A DNA stretch of 54,151 nt, counting the filler, from Sphacelaria rigidula (taxonomy: Eukaryota), in the NCBI GenBank assembly GCA_964200075.2. It is 4 parts of 4 records of this genome, joined end to end, with 100 filler letters (N's around TTAATTAATTAA, not from the genome) between each part and the next. Parts side by side here need not be neighbours in the genome. Positions count along the whole stretch, not along the records: positions 27,128 to 40,589 come from CAXNAA020002870.1; 3 more parts are not named here. One strand, written 5' to 3'. A program made the position numbers and the translations under genes. Shown piece after piece: positions 27,128-40,689 of the stretch. The first letter of the stretch is position 1; every line of letters starts with the position of its first letter. The notes under the pieces were generated by a model. It was given only the letters and a program-made list of their open reading frames with translations, ran no database searches and had not been told where the DNA came from.

Positions 27128-28835
27128 GGGGGTTTGTGCGCAGGCCGCCGCGCGTCTCGCCGAGCGCGAGGGTGGGGGGGGGGGGGGGGGGGGGGGGGGC
27201 ATTCGGGACAGGATACAATCGGTGGACATCAATAGGAGGCAGGTGGGATGTTGAACCGGAAAAGAGGATTCACTACAAGGGTGGGAGAGAATGGGCGAGC
27301 AGATGGATGGTGGAGCTAGCACGGGACAACATTGTCGTCTACCTCTAAAGGCACATGTACGTTGATGGATCCGGGAACCTGCGAACCCTCAGATGTACAT
27401 CCAAGCCGGCAAAGGCGGTGCAAAGAAGTCACAGATGCCTAGGGTGCAGGTGCTTGAGGAAATGAACGCTGAGCTGCGGTTGCAGGGCCGACCACTGCTT
27501 TTCACCTCGCCCCCTTCGCGAGCGACCGGCACCAGTCCCACTGGTGATACCGCCGGCGGAAATAGCGGTGCACGCGGCCGATCTTATTTTGGGAGGGGCA
27601 GACCCACGGCGAACCATGGAAGAGGTGAGTCAACGGCGTACCGTCGAGGGGGGGGGAGGGGGGGCGAATGGAGCGAGCAACACGTCGGGGGCACCTGTTC
27701 ATATGACTCATGGTGTGGAGCCGTGCTGGCGCGACGGTGGGAGGGTGGTGATAGGGGTACCAGAGCCACGAGCACTTCCTATCAGTCGTAAGTCTTGCGA
27801 CGTGCACACCAGCCGCGGGTCGATTTACTCAGCCAGGATCTTGATCGGAGATTCAGATTCTGAATGCAGGGGGTCGACTGGGCATCGGGAGCGGGGGACG
27901 ACCAACGTGATGACTTCGCGTTTTGATTGACCCTCCTAGGAAACTTCGAGACATTCTTTCTGGTGACGAGTTGACCCTTGGACCGCAAGGGTAAGTCTTC
28001 TGCTGAATCAGCATCAATATTCACTTGAAACTAAGTACAGTATGCGTAATCTAGATGGACTACCGGCATCGTGGTCCAAGGGTTAAGTTGCGCGCATAGG
28101 TCTATACTATTCATGGTTCTCTTCTCCAGCAGGAAGTCACCAAACGCGTCTCGTGTGCATACTGTATCGTCCTTTTCATGCCGAGAGGTTGCGGTCTCGG
28201 TGACAACACACTTTGTCTGCGGTACGTCTTCGTGTGCGTTATATACTGGCGGGGCGATCCCCTTTTCACGCTTCACGCGCCACTCAGCGACAACGGCACG
28301 CACATGTTTGTAACGTCCTTCCTACCGGCGAGCAACGTTGATGTTTACATGTATTGCTACGGCAGAAGATACCACAACAATTATCACCGATAGTAAACCG
28401 CAGTGTTGTACATCAAGTATGGACACTGACTCTGTCTATCAAAGTGTCATCCATGCACGCACCTCGGACGTGCCGTGTGGAAAATGACTCTTCATTGTGC
28501 AAATTTTAAAATCAGTTCAGCTACTCGTACGTTGGAAGAGGTACTCATCGTTGGTTTGTGAACTGTACAGCGTAGAATTGAGCCAGACTTTGTTGAGAAT
28601 ATAGAATCATGAATAAATTTCAGCTGCCTGCCACCATCATTGGGATTATATGCCCTGCCCACTTCTTTGACTCCGTCGCGTCTTGTGATCGATATGGTGG
28701 TGAAGAACGTGACACTAAATCAGATGTAGCACAAAATTAATTGGCGTTACATTCGTGACAGAGAAATGACCCACACTATGTCATCTGCTACACTGGTTAC
28801 TGTATACAAAATACGAACCTTTAACCCTGCACGGA

Positions 28836-28900
28836 CAGTACAGTACAGTACAGTACAGTACAGTACAGTACAGTACAGTACAGTACAGTACAGTACAGTA
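28836..28900. repeat. (CAGTA)13 microsatellite
   Basis: Perfect pentamer array. Confidence 0.95.
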
Positions 28901-31900
28901 CAACAAACGGTACATGTGGCATACGCTGCAGCGGTGCGGTGCTCTACCCACATCAAGTGCTGGATCTCCGGAACACACTTGTACACTGCACTAACGAGCG
29001 TGAATCATAACCCGTCGGCGAAAGGAGTAAATCTGCTTCGTGCTGTTTGCGAGTGTGGGCGTAGCTCGCATTGCACCTAAACTTGCTTGGAATTTTTCCA
29101 CGGCGGACTTTTGCAGCATTGTCTGTTCTGTACCGAACTGTCTCTTCTGACTGTACTTCAAAAGGGGTCTGTTTCCATTTGGCTCTTTCGCTCCACCTGA
29201 GGACACCCCGCTCATTTTTAGCCAGTGGAAAGCAGGCACTGCACGGGATAGTGTGTGTAAAAAGGCTGGCGACGCAGGGACAGGTCGGACTGGAAGGCTT
29301 GCCGTTTCTGGAGCACTCGGCGTATTTTGGCAGCGAAGTGTAGCTTAGTCGGTATTTGGAAAAGGAAATATGGGGCGGGCTGAAAGAGGTACCTCTGGAG
29401 CATGGACGGAGATGCCTGCTGGGCATGGGGGGGGACTCAGCCATGGAGCATTGGGCAGCACATGGGAGGGTGATGCAGAAGCAGAGGTAGGTGCAAGGTT
29501 GGGGGAGGGGGAAGGGGGGAGGTGGGTGATGTTGAACTAGGGAGTACGGAAAATTTCCCAAGACGCGGGTCAGTGTTCGTGTGTGTGTGGATGAGTCTAG
29601 CTACGGATAAGCCGTGCAACGGTGTGTGACATGAGAGAAAGGAACCGAAAATACTGCTAGCGGAACAGACGGATTGTGTAGACTCACAACGTCTGACAGC
29701 AAATATAAGAAGGTTTTTCACATTCCTTTCGGTCACTTGGTATGGCTTATATTGATTCTAGTGACAAGTTGCGGGGTGTTCGTGTAAATCCTTAGGCTAA
29801 ACGCGACTTCTTATGTACGGATGCGTTACTTAAAGTGCCACACGTCCAGGTGCGCTTATTGTCATATCGCACCCTTGCTACCATAGCGTAGTTCATCACT
29901 CTAAGTTCCCTCAGTGGATGACATTGGTCTTTCATCATATGAGAGATGTTCGCCTCTGCTCTTTTGCTTGCATTTGGCTGATTTTTCCGGAGCTCTTCTC
30001 GACCGACGTAAGAAGAAAGCACTGACAATCCATAGAGCCATAGAGGGTGAGGTGCGCAGGTTGGACCCCTGCTCTCGGCGTTTATGGCATAATATGTGTA
30101 CCTCCCCCACTTCCCCGTGCCCCCCCCCCCCCCCCCCCCCCTACATAACTGCAAGCCTTACCCTACTGTGCCTCACTGTCAAGTAAGCAAGCACTACACG
30201 CGTACTTGTCGGTATTGCACTGTACCCAGGTATAATGCCTGCTGGTTGTTCCCTCTGCAGCACAAAACAAAACGCTGCGTACAGTAGTTGTACAGTACAG
30301 GCAGTTACTCTACGAAAGCTGTTGCGCCTCGCCATATGTTTACTCCTCACGGTGCATATCGTAGCACCTTCACGGTACCGGTCGCAGCTTGAGCGCTCAG
30401 TAGTGCCTGCGCTTTTTTTTCAGTGCAGCACCAGTACCCTAATAACAGTCCCCGATGAACCGATAAGTTATTGCTCCGAACGCGGGGGTGTTTCTGTTGT
30501 TGAAGACAGGGAGTACTGTAGGTCCAGCGAAACGTTCTGGTTGACGTCAGGGTGCCCTTTACCCATCATCTGAAACTGCCTCGTTTTTTTTGTTGGTGAG
30601 CCTACATACTTGTAGCCCTCCATAATAGGAACTAATAGGTGTGTGAATCCGCGCGACCGAGGGCATTGTCGCCTTCTGGAGCACCTTCCTCGATACTGTG
30701 ACTGTCTCGAGCATTGACCCCATATGGGCCTCGTGGATATATGAAAGGCTTGCCTCTGGTCGGGTTTGCTGTTGGGGGCTGTACTCAAAGGTCGGGGTGA
30801 TTTTTGGGAAGGTAACACTATCACAGTGGCACAACAAATGCAATACAGTATGCTCACAAACTGATGGACCAAACTGGGTTCACCATGGGTGAATCGGTGA
30901 ATCTGTGCGCTTCATTGGTCATGAAATATGCTGTCCGAGGGGATGTGGAAAACTCATCGAGTTGAGCCTGTTGGTCATGTGCGTGCTCTACTGAACAAGG
31001 AAACGATGCTGAGCGACCTACTGACAGAGACACGCTTGCTCTCCGTTCTTTCTGAGACGAAACTGGCTCTTTTTCCGATAACACAGAGCCCTCAAATGCC
31101 TTTCTGGTAGATCCGAAGCCCTGGTTGCCTCAGAAACTCCGATCAAACCTGTCGTTCGGAGGGACTCGTTCTTTCCGGGCGCAGACAGCCACAAATTGCG
31201 CATGTTTCATCAGTGCCACTGGAGGACAATTGTGTACACTAGATAGACTATGATACCATCGATGCGTTTCAGCACCACGTGCGTTCACGTGCCGCTCGTA
31301 GCTTCTACTGGTACAGCATGCTGCAAGTTGTGTTGTCGCATTGCGGCATGTTCGCCCTCTCTATACCTGCACACATCCCAAGTACATAAGTTTGGTTATG
31401 TTCAGGTTTTGGCGAAAGTAGCAAATCTGGCGAAGAAAATAATTTGCACATTGCAGAAGGTGATGCAAAATTGTCATGTCGACTGGCTACTGTACATGCG
31501 TAGCAGCCGGGCACTTGCTCTCGGGGCAAGTAAAGTGGTTGAGCAGTGAAAATGAGATATACAGACGGCCCGAACCAGTACAATATGCGTTCCGGAGAAT
31601 GCACAAGGGCAGAGATGCAAAAGTTCCCGTCGATGCCTTTCGGAAATTTCGAAGATGCACCAATGCCGACCGTCTGAGGACTCATCGGTTGTCGATCCCC
31701 TCGAAAAAACATCCAAGAGGGACAGATACGCACGGGCAGTGGTCACAGCGTAGAGCACGAGCGAACTGCCGGGGTACTGTTGGTGAACCACCGACAAGGA
31801 GTCTGATATAACGACATATATGTAGCACCGTTGCCATCCGGTGTGTTGTCCCCTGCGTGGCAGAGGCCGTAACTCCTGTGCGACAAGTTCGTAGTGCAGC

Positions 31901-33223
31901 GCAGGCAGCACCATGATTTGTTGTACAAAGAGTAAGTTCCTGTGCGAACTATGATTGCTCTTCCCCCCCCACCCACCCCCCTCCCCATGTCTCCCACATG
32001 TTGGTGCTTGAAATTCAGCACTGAAAGGTGTTCTCAGGGGAGGATAAACCCACCTAGGGTTTCTGTACCTGCAATATTTTCGACAACAGTCATCTGGTGT
32101 ACTACTGTATTCATGTGCTAAATCGGCAGTAGCTTCACTTGAGAAATGAGGTTTAGACTCGCGTGTCCATCTTCGAATGCTGCAAGGAATGCAGAGGCCC
32201 CCAGCATATCAGCTGTCTCTTCGATAGCTATATTGATACTCCAGTGCTTACTAGAGGTATCAAGCTCGAACTCGAGACTTCCATGATGTTGCACACTAAT
32301 TATTTACCATCGGCTAGACCGGGAACCTCAAGTTTGAGATGTTTACTGACTGAATGTTGACTGCGGTATGTTGTACAGAGTACAGACATAGCAGACGGTA
32401 TAGCAGTTATATACCTGCGGCTGTTGACCTGGAAGTACTTGTCCGAGAGCGAGACCGTACTGATCGGCACAGCAAGGAGCAGCAGAAAAAATTGAGGGGC
32501 TCGCCATCTAGTAGCTTGCTCTGCACTTGCCCGGCTTTTCCTCGTAGACACAGACAGTAGAGATGACGGAACCACGACATGACCGAACACTACACTTTGT
32601 AACGTTCATCTCATTCCGCCGCCGAAATTCCACCGGCATGACAGGGGTGAAGCCTCCGTACTGTATGTACTGTACGTACTGTAGACCAGTGCGCAGGGCA
32701 TGTCCAAGTAGCCAACACGATGTTTGCCCCCCTCTAGCCCTAGTGGTAAACAGTGCAGAGCAACACGATGTCGCACAGGACAGTGCGTGTAGCGCGAATG
32801 ATACAAGAAGGAAATGAAGTGGTGACCAGTGACATCCCCGGCAGCCTCGATTCTGGCCAGGCACTTTACATGTAACGGGCGATACAAACTGTAAGGTTTC
32901 TTCGTGTGCCCGCCGCAGCCTGCTTGCAACTCGACAGTACAGTGACGAGTTTACTGCACTACAGCTTGCTCGTAGCGTCCTTGCTTGGAATACTGTAGCC
33001 CGATGGAAACACGCGTCGCCATGACCTTCCATCGCCATTTCAGAAGCCCTTGTCGCCCTGCAGGCAAGCAAGCACTCCTCTAGCAGTATAGTGCTGTTTG
33101 CAGGTCAGCATTCAACGCTGGAAATTTGACTCGAAATTTCGCGCGTGTCCGTAGACGGGGTGGAAAATGAACCTCATTGCCTTTGCTTTTGAATTTGTTG
33201 CGTCCCTATCATCATTATGATGA

Positions 33224-33695
33224 GGCCAACTCTGATGGGAGTCGTTCTAAGTTCCTGTTGAAAGCTTCCTTTTTGGGCCCTTCTCCGTCGATTTACTCCC
33301 GAAAAGAGGGCTAGGCGGATGTTGACGCCTTGGAATGACTTGCTCTACTCATTGAGACCGTCTCAGGGCAATTGAGCTTTCCCCGCTGGCCGCAGTTTTG
33401 TTTTTGGCCAAACCAGGCCAAGCACGGATTTCCAGTAATAAACGGTCAGGTGATCAAAATGTTTCCCTGTTTTTTTATCGCTTGACCGTTTTTAAATGAA
33501 AATCCGTGTGTGGACAAGAATAAAAGTGCATCCAGCACGAAATGCAAAGTTGCCGTAGAACGGTCTCAGTGAGTAGAGTTATTCATTCCAAGGCGTCAAC
33601 ACCCGCCTAGCCCTCTCTTCAGACGTGAACGACGGAGCAGAGCCAAAAAAGCAGTTTTGAACAGGAATTTTGAACGGCTCCCATTTGAGTCGGTC
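33224..33695. mobile_element. MITE with about 160-bp imperfect TIRs, Tourist / PIF-Harbinger-like
   Basis: 33224-33385 is the reverse complement of 33540-33695 (e.g. GAGGGCTAGGCGGATGTTGACGCCTTGGAATGA); flanked by TGA and TAA. Confidence 0.7.
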
Positions 33696-34469
33696 TAAGT
33701 GAATCGGATTGTAGGTGATACGCGCGTCATTTTTTTTATTTCATTATACAAGTACCTAATTGGGTAGTTAACCTGTGACCTGTGACCGCGTAATACGTCC
33801 GCATGAGATGCTCAGTACAAATATCAGAACGGTTTTTAATGTGAAGGCAGCAACGACAATGCGCTGTCCCTCGGTACGTCCCGATATGCCGAATACTAGA
33901 GCTCGGAAATGGTTTAGTCATCGAGCGGCGAAGCTGCAAGCAAAAAAGCCTCCCCCGGCAGACGGGGCCCCGCCGGAGGCGCCGTGCCGGAGGCACGTTT
34001 TTACTCGATTTGGCTTCACCACGGCTAAACAATACGTGTGCTGGATGTAGCATACGTGGCCCGGTGACGGCCAATGAAGCCGGTAACGGCCAATGAAGCC
34101 GGTAACGGCAGTTGATGGTTTGAAACCATTGTCCAAAATTCTCGTAGAGTAACCATTATCATTGTTACCTTCATAATAATGGCCGCTTGTAACGGGTGCC
34201 ATTCCCGAGCTCTACTGAAAACCCATATACGCCCATGTTTCTCCGCGTGTACGTGCAACCTGTTGCCCCGCATTCGAGACTGCCATCAATATTGTCTTTC
34301 CCTTGCTCAAAAAAATAAATCAGATGACCATCCATCCATCCATCCATCCATCCATCCATCCATCCAATTAATTAATTAATTAATTAAATTTATATAAATA
34401 TGACTAGGAATTACATTTCAAAATTAAAGTCGTGGTATTAGATATTGTCGTTCCGAGTGTATGTCTGTT

Positions 34470-35218
34470 TGTGTGTGTTTGTGTGTGTGTGTGTGTTGTT
34501 CCCATCCCATCTATTCTGGACGCCAGTCGACACTTTTCGGCATATGAAAGCGCATCAGCCGGGGCCACGCAGGAGGAAGGCCAACACAGGAATAAAATAA
34601 AATAAACATTAATTGTGCTGTAGCAAAAGAACCGATTGTCCCGGCGGCTGGCTCAGTTGGTAACCTCGAAACCCTCTGACGGTTAGGTTGTGGCTTCGAA
34701 TCTCGGTGAAGCCACACGATCTTGGATTATTTTCTCACACTGTGCAACAGTAAAGCGCAACCATGTCGTGGGTACACGAAATTCGACTTCACGGTCGACG
34801 AGGGAAAGGGAATGTTGAACCCCTCTCGCGATAGAAGAAAAGGCGAGCACGCAGAAGGAAGGTGGAGAAGGAGAACAAAGAAGTCGATACAAATCCTGTG
34901 TTGGCCTTCCTCCTGCGTGACTCCGGCTGGTATGCCCACATATACCGAAAGATGTAGACTGGCGTCCAGAATAGATGGGATGACCACACACACGCACACA
35001 CATTCCAGCGGTGCTTTCTTTCGTTTTTTTATCGCAGAAGGGTTCAGCGGTCCCTTTCCCTCGTCGACCGCGAAGTCGAAGTTTGTGTACCCGACAAAGT
35101 CGCACTCCACTACTGTTGACATGGTGTAGGAAAAAAATCCAGATCGTGTGACGACCCCGAGATTTGAACCCACGACCCAACCTTCAGGAGGTTTCGAGGT
35201 TACCAAATGAGCGACCGG
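34470..35218. mobile_element. Nested family-A SINEs: a plus-strand copy (about 34639-35002) lying inside a split minus-strand copy (34470-34600 and 35005-35218)
   Basis: Plus copy head GGCTCAGTTGG...GGCTTCGAATCTC and CA tail; the flanks carry the 3' and 5' halves of a minus copy homologous to 7085-7433. Confidence 0.8.
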
Positions 35219-35945
35219 CAGGTGTGTGCATGGTGTTTTATGTCGAGAGAACGCGGCAGAAGCGGGAAGAGTGAAGAAAAAACTCAGGTCGGAACAATTT
35301 GACGCGCGCGTGTCACACTCTACTCGTATCCCGTTCGTGGTGATTTCCTGCAGAGCTGCGAGGATTATTTAAAGCGAAGAGCAACGTCGTGTCCTTCGAA
35401 ATCGCCCAAGACAACAAAGAGAACTATAATCAGAAGTACCTCCGACGAAAACATCATCAATCTCGTGTTGCACCAGCCAAGGCAAGAAACGATTAGTGCT
35501 ACCAGGCCTACAGTATTTATTTAGGACGTGTCCTAGCTCATGATTTTTCGATCGAAAATGTGCGGTGGAAAAGGAAAACTTCCATCTGATGGGTCGTAAT
35601 ATCAACCACTGTCGTCTATTTTGAAGATGGTGGAAATCGCGACCTATCAGATCGGGATGTTTGTTTTCCACAGCACTTTTTTTATCGAAAAATGATGTGC
35701 GAAGACGCGGCCTCAGTTTGTGTGTACACTTTTCACCTCCAAGTACCGTTCACGTATACCGATGCACAACTTCGTGCATCGATATCCGTGGACGACTGCC
35801 TCTGCAGTAAATATCCCAAACGTGTAGTGGTCAAGGCGTTAAACCTTCAGGCGCCCGAGACCAACTGTTTGAAGAATCTGACCTTGGACGGGCCCCACCC
35901 GGTTTGGAGGATGACATGAGATTGAGCATAGATGGACTGCCTTAA

Positions 35946-36043
35946 CCCTTAGACCGCGAGATTAGTCTTTCTGGATCATGAATACTTTTTTTCATTTGAA
36001 ATTGATGCCGATTCAACAGAAGACTAACCTCGCAGTCTAAGGG
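35946..36043. mobile_element. 98-bp piggyBac-type MITE
   Basis: TTAA on both sides (35942-35945, 36044-36047); about 27-bp TIRs CCCTTAGAC(C/T)GCGAG(A/G)TTAGTCTT. Confidence 0.85.
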
Positions 36044-36109
36044 TTAATGCGGGGGTGGGTAGTCAATTGGATTTCCGGTGTTCTAGGGCAGTTTGTGCAT
36101 AACGAGAGA

Positions 36110-36465
36110 GAGTGCGTGTGTTGTCGTCCCATCTATTCTGGACGCCGGTCTACACTTTTCGGTTTATGTGGGCGCAGCAGCCGGGGTCACACAGGAGGAA
36201 GTTCAATGCAGGAGCTTTTCCTTTTTTCCTGTTTTTTAGTACCTCACCTTCCTTCTTCGGCGCTTGTCTTTCTTTTTCATCGTGAGAGGGGCCCAGCTGT
36301 CCCTTTTCCTCGTCGACTGTCAAGTCGAATGTTGTCTACCCATGACATAGTCGCTCTCCACTGTTGGGCATGGTGTGAGTAAAAATCCCAGATCACTCCG
36401 ACAATTAAACCCACGACCCAATCGCCATTAGCTTTTGAGGTTACCAACTGAGCTACCAGGGCGAC
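36110..36465 (-). mobile_element. tRNA-derived SINE, family A
   Basis: Homologous along its length to 7085-7433; A box TAGCTCAGTTGG on the minus strand. Confidence 0.85.
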
Positions 36466-38951
36466 CGGCTATTAATCTCACACAACGCACGCTCTTTACC
36501 TCCTTACCACTGTCAGAGTCACGAGGCGCTAAAAGGGTACACGTCGAATGAGCTGAACCTCGTATTTCAGGATGACTACTGCATTTCATGTTACCGCTCA
36601 AAACATCGTGTGTGAATTCAGGCTGACTGTTGAACACTACTCCGGGTCACGAAGGAAATAATGTAATCGGAGTAGTGTTGTTTCGTGTGGGGCATAAGAT
36701 AGCTAGCAGGTAAAGAGGGTGCATTGTGTGAGGTTGATCACAGTGGACGATATTTTGATGTACGTCTCAGTAACGCATGTCGGAGGGTTTGGAACACCAA
36801 TTAATTTGAAAACGGAGTTCTCAGGACGAGTGGATGACAAAATATAAATCATACTCCAAAGTATTGAATGAGGCTTTGCTCGAGAGTGGGGTAGCTTTGA
36901 AAAACAGGAATCAACCCGCACTGTTCGCTATTTCTTGGTGAGAGTGCTTATTGCCGTGGTGTGCTGCCCCGTGCAGCCCTCTTTCTTTCGCAAACCCATG
37001 TCAACTTGGCGCAGTGCACACATCTCCCTGCTCTCACGAGCTTTGGCCCAAGCAGTGTTTCAGCTTTGCAGCACATGAATTTCAGTTGGACATGAAGTAA
37101 ATGGGGCAAATGGATGATGACCGAGCAAACCCATTACGCATCCTTCCTGGGTGTCATGGACCGGAAATTGCCCACGTGCGTATGAGTGATTTTAGCGAGG
37201 AATTTGAAGATATGTTGATCTTGGGAAAGGAATTGCCCTGTACATGGCAATCGCGACAGTCATGTCAGGAATTCATCTAGGGTTTCGTAAGGTCAGCCAG
37301 TCACGGGTCTATTTTTTCGTGGGTCATGACTGTGACGGTCACGCCGCAAAAATGTGAGCGGCCGGCAGATATTGGATATCTGGTGAGCAGCAGCTGCGTT
37401 TCCGGTCGAGACTAAATATGCAGCTACAAACGACATTGCCAGTGTAAGATGGCGTTGTCCTCAGAGTGTGCCCACCGGCCAGGTACACACGTGCGCCCTT
37501 GGCCTCCGTCCGTTATACACCAGCCGCTGCTGCCAATTTGACAAACGGTAGCAAGCGGAAGAAAAGCAGCGAGCAAACTTTGACTTTAGTGATGATGCCC
37601 TCCTTCATGCACTGGCATATGTGCGTCTGTTCGTGTAGTGGGCCGTCAGCTTTTGTCTGTGTGCAAGTGGCCCACAGTTGTCAAGTATTTTCCCATGGTC
37701 TCGCGTGGTCGCTTGCTTTGCAATTGAAAAGAAGTCCGTGGAGAGTCTTCATTCATTCTGTACGGTCGTGTGGGATTGCGATTGATCGATGACGTCGTTT
37801 TTCTTTTTTACACAGCACTAGTTTTATGAATCATAACATGAGGTGACGTGACGTGACGTGATTGCTCAACGAGGAGTGTTGCGTGAAGGCGCTACTGTCG
37901 GCAGAACTAAAACTCTATATGCAACATCGCGGTGGTTATCGGGTTATGCAGTCTTGCACGCCGTGAAATCCGTCACAGGGCACAACGAACGGCTGCTAGC
38001 TGTCAATTGTGTGCTGCGTGCGTGCGCGCGCGCGCGTGTGTGTGTGTTTGTGTGTGCGTGTTTTAAATTATATGGATGCCTTGAAATACGTGGACTATGT
38101 TGTGGCCTCGAAACGGGCTCATTGTGCGTGACAACTCGACAATCGAGCCTGTGAGATATAACCTAATGTGCTGGCATGATGAACAGGTTCAGCTTCCCAC
38201 CAGGAAGCTGTCCAGCCGCGACGTGACACTCGCTGTCGATGACTGTTGAGTTATTACTTTTGTGGACAAATTCTTGCGTGAAAATCGCAGTATATACATT
38301 AATGTTGACTCTCTATCATTCGTTGCTGGTGAATTGAGCATGGCTCGCATACACTGCCTGTAAACAGGCTTGCAATACATGTCACCCCGGTAATCAAGTC
38401 GAATGATTTTTGCTTGTTCTCATTAATCATCTCTCCCATTAGAACCCTCCTCCGTCTCGAACGGGATGCGTGGCCTATAGTCGAACGTCTAAGGCAAGCA
38501 ACAAATGAGTGCGCCCCCCCCCCCCCCCCATTAGAATCCTTCCGCGACGTACGTGTAAGAAAATTTATCATGGCTACGGAGACACTGGGTTTTCATTGAC
38601 ATCCAAACCATGGCTACGATCATTTAGTTCCCTTGTTCAACGCATTCGCACTTTTCCCTTCCCCTTTTTGAAAAGTCGTTTGGTCGGTCATAGGGTGGAA
38701 AACGTTCCTCATGATCCTAGCGTTCCTGAGTTTGGAAGCTCCATGTTGCGAACCCTCTCGGCCTATCATGCTTTGCATGGTCGCAATGGGCAACGCGGGA
38801 GGGAGGGTTGATGTGTGAACCATGTTCTTGGGGTTCCTGACTCTCCGCGATTCTGGTTTCCCAAATGATACGCGAGATAAGTCATTCTCCACTATTTATA
38901 TATTACTAGGTGTTTAGTTCGCAAAGAGGAACTCACTGTAGAACCATGGTA

Positions 38952-39550
38952 CGAGCTAGGCCAGCTGACGGTGATTCTTGAATGAATCCTGGCATTGCGC
39001 TTGGTAATTCGAAGAGTTAGGCGCTGAAATTTTGACACAACACTTTTATCATCAATCCTCGCAAGACAATTGGGGGTGCAGAGAAAGAAAAAACAGGAAG
39101 TTAGAGCGAGTTGAAGTTTTAGCTCAAACGGGGAAAATGCTGTAACCCCGTGAATATTGGTGAATACGGTTGCACCCCAAACGATGTTTTGGGCACTCGC
39201 GCCCAGGACATCCTGGTAAAGTTTCGGCCAAAAATACCACAAATTTGGTGCCGCATCGCACTGTTCGTGTGACACGGCCGCGCCCGTTTAATCCTAGTGA
39301 TACAGGAGACTCCAGTTATGCAGACCATGAGTTCGAATCCCCACACATTTTTTTTTTCGTTCCGTCGTTAAGGTAATATATTATGCAGTACATTTTTATT
39401 GGGTTTTTTTCTTCATTCAGTGGCGGTGCCGTGCGTTGTTGATAGGTTGGTTTGCGGTTCACAGCGATATGCTCCAGTCGCACTGATTTGGGAAACTTGA
39501 GAAGTTGTGGTGTGGAAAGCGAATGCGGGATGTACTGCCGGCCCAGCTCG
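38952..39550. mobile_element. 599-bp MITE with TA TSD (Tc1/mariner-like), same terminal motif as the contig-2 foldback element
   Basis: TA|CGAGCTAGGCCAGC ... GCCGGCCCAGCTCG|TA. Confidence 0.7.
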
Positions 39551-40589
39551 TAGCAACAAATGTATACTCCACACGACATGCACGGGCGTGGACTCTACAA
39601 GTATAGCAGGATGATCTCAACATTTCGCTCGGTTTTGTGGAACAGGATCTGTAGACCGTGTCTTCTGACGACTCTTACGCACCCTCTGCGTATTGCTTGA
39701 AAACTATACTCACGGGCTTCTCGACGTTGCTGGTGCACTCGGTGACGTCACTGTTGCCGTCTAGAAAATGGCGGGAAGCAAACAATTGATGCCACGATAA
39801 CCCCCCCCCCCCCATATCAGCCCCAAAACTATCACGAATATAATTACCAAATAGCACATGATGACTGGTTCCAGATTGCATGAAGCGCCTCGTACGGGGG
39901 TCATTGACGGAAACGACCCATAGCGTGGGAGTTCTCTACTTGTCGTTGTCCCCGACTTTGATCATTTTGGCGTATGTAGTATTGTGAACAAATGTGGATT
40001 TTGCTTCCTCAGACCAGCCACCTGTGGGGGGGGGGGGGGCTATCGCGGCATCACTCAAACTCATTTTAATTGTTCCGAAATATCTCGTCACATGCTACGT
40101 GGAGAGACGACAGAACTGTCGCCGATTGAGAAGTCATTCGGTGAGTTCATTGCTTCTGTCTAGAAAATGACGCAAGGCCTCGTTTTTTTTTAGTTCCGAG
40201 ATATTTCGTCACGTGTTTCGTGGGGGGACATGCAAACCGTCGCGCATAGGAGTGTCTAGGTCGAAAGACCCTGGTTATCATCAGCTTTATTTGAAATTGG
40301 TGGCGCCCGAAAAGGCCGTGTGACCTTATCAAGGTTGAACCAAAGGGTACCTCATAATTGTGCCTGGGGGCGCAATGCTTAACCCTTAGCGACCCCCCCG
40401 CTGGTAGACTGAGGTAGACACGATACTTTTTGGATTCAGAATCATTCCTTTGTCACAACTCAAAACGCCTACTCTACGGCGGAAGGGACCGGGAGTGCAT
40501 AAGAGGTACATAGTTGCGTCATAACACAGACGGTGGTGTGGTTGTCGACCACCTGATTATTACGCCTCATATTTTTGCTGTGCGGTCTG

Positions 40590-40689
40590 NNNNNNNNNNN
40601 NNNNNNNNNNNNNNNNNNNNNNNNNNNNNNNNNTTAATTAATTAANNNNNNNNNNNNNNNNNNNNNNNNNNNNNNNNNNNNNNNNNNNN
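40590..40689. other. Artificial contig-joining linker (N44-TTAATTAATTAA-N44)
   Basis: Identical 100-bp spacer. Confidence 0.97.

Noticed and set aside
29050-32560. Scattered short ORFs and exon-like pieces in contig 3
   Set aside because: No consistent splice chain or recognisable domain could be assembled.
34367-34387. TTAATTAATTAA run matching the linker motif
   Set aside because: Not flanked by Ns and adjacent to (CCAT)n; a natural (TTAA)n microsatellite.
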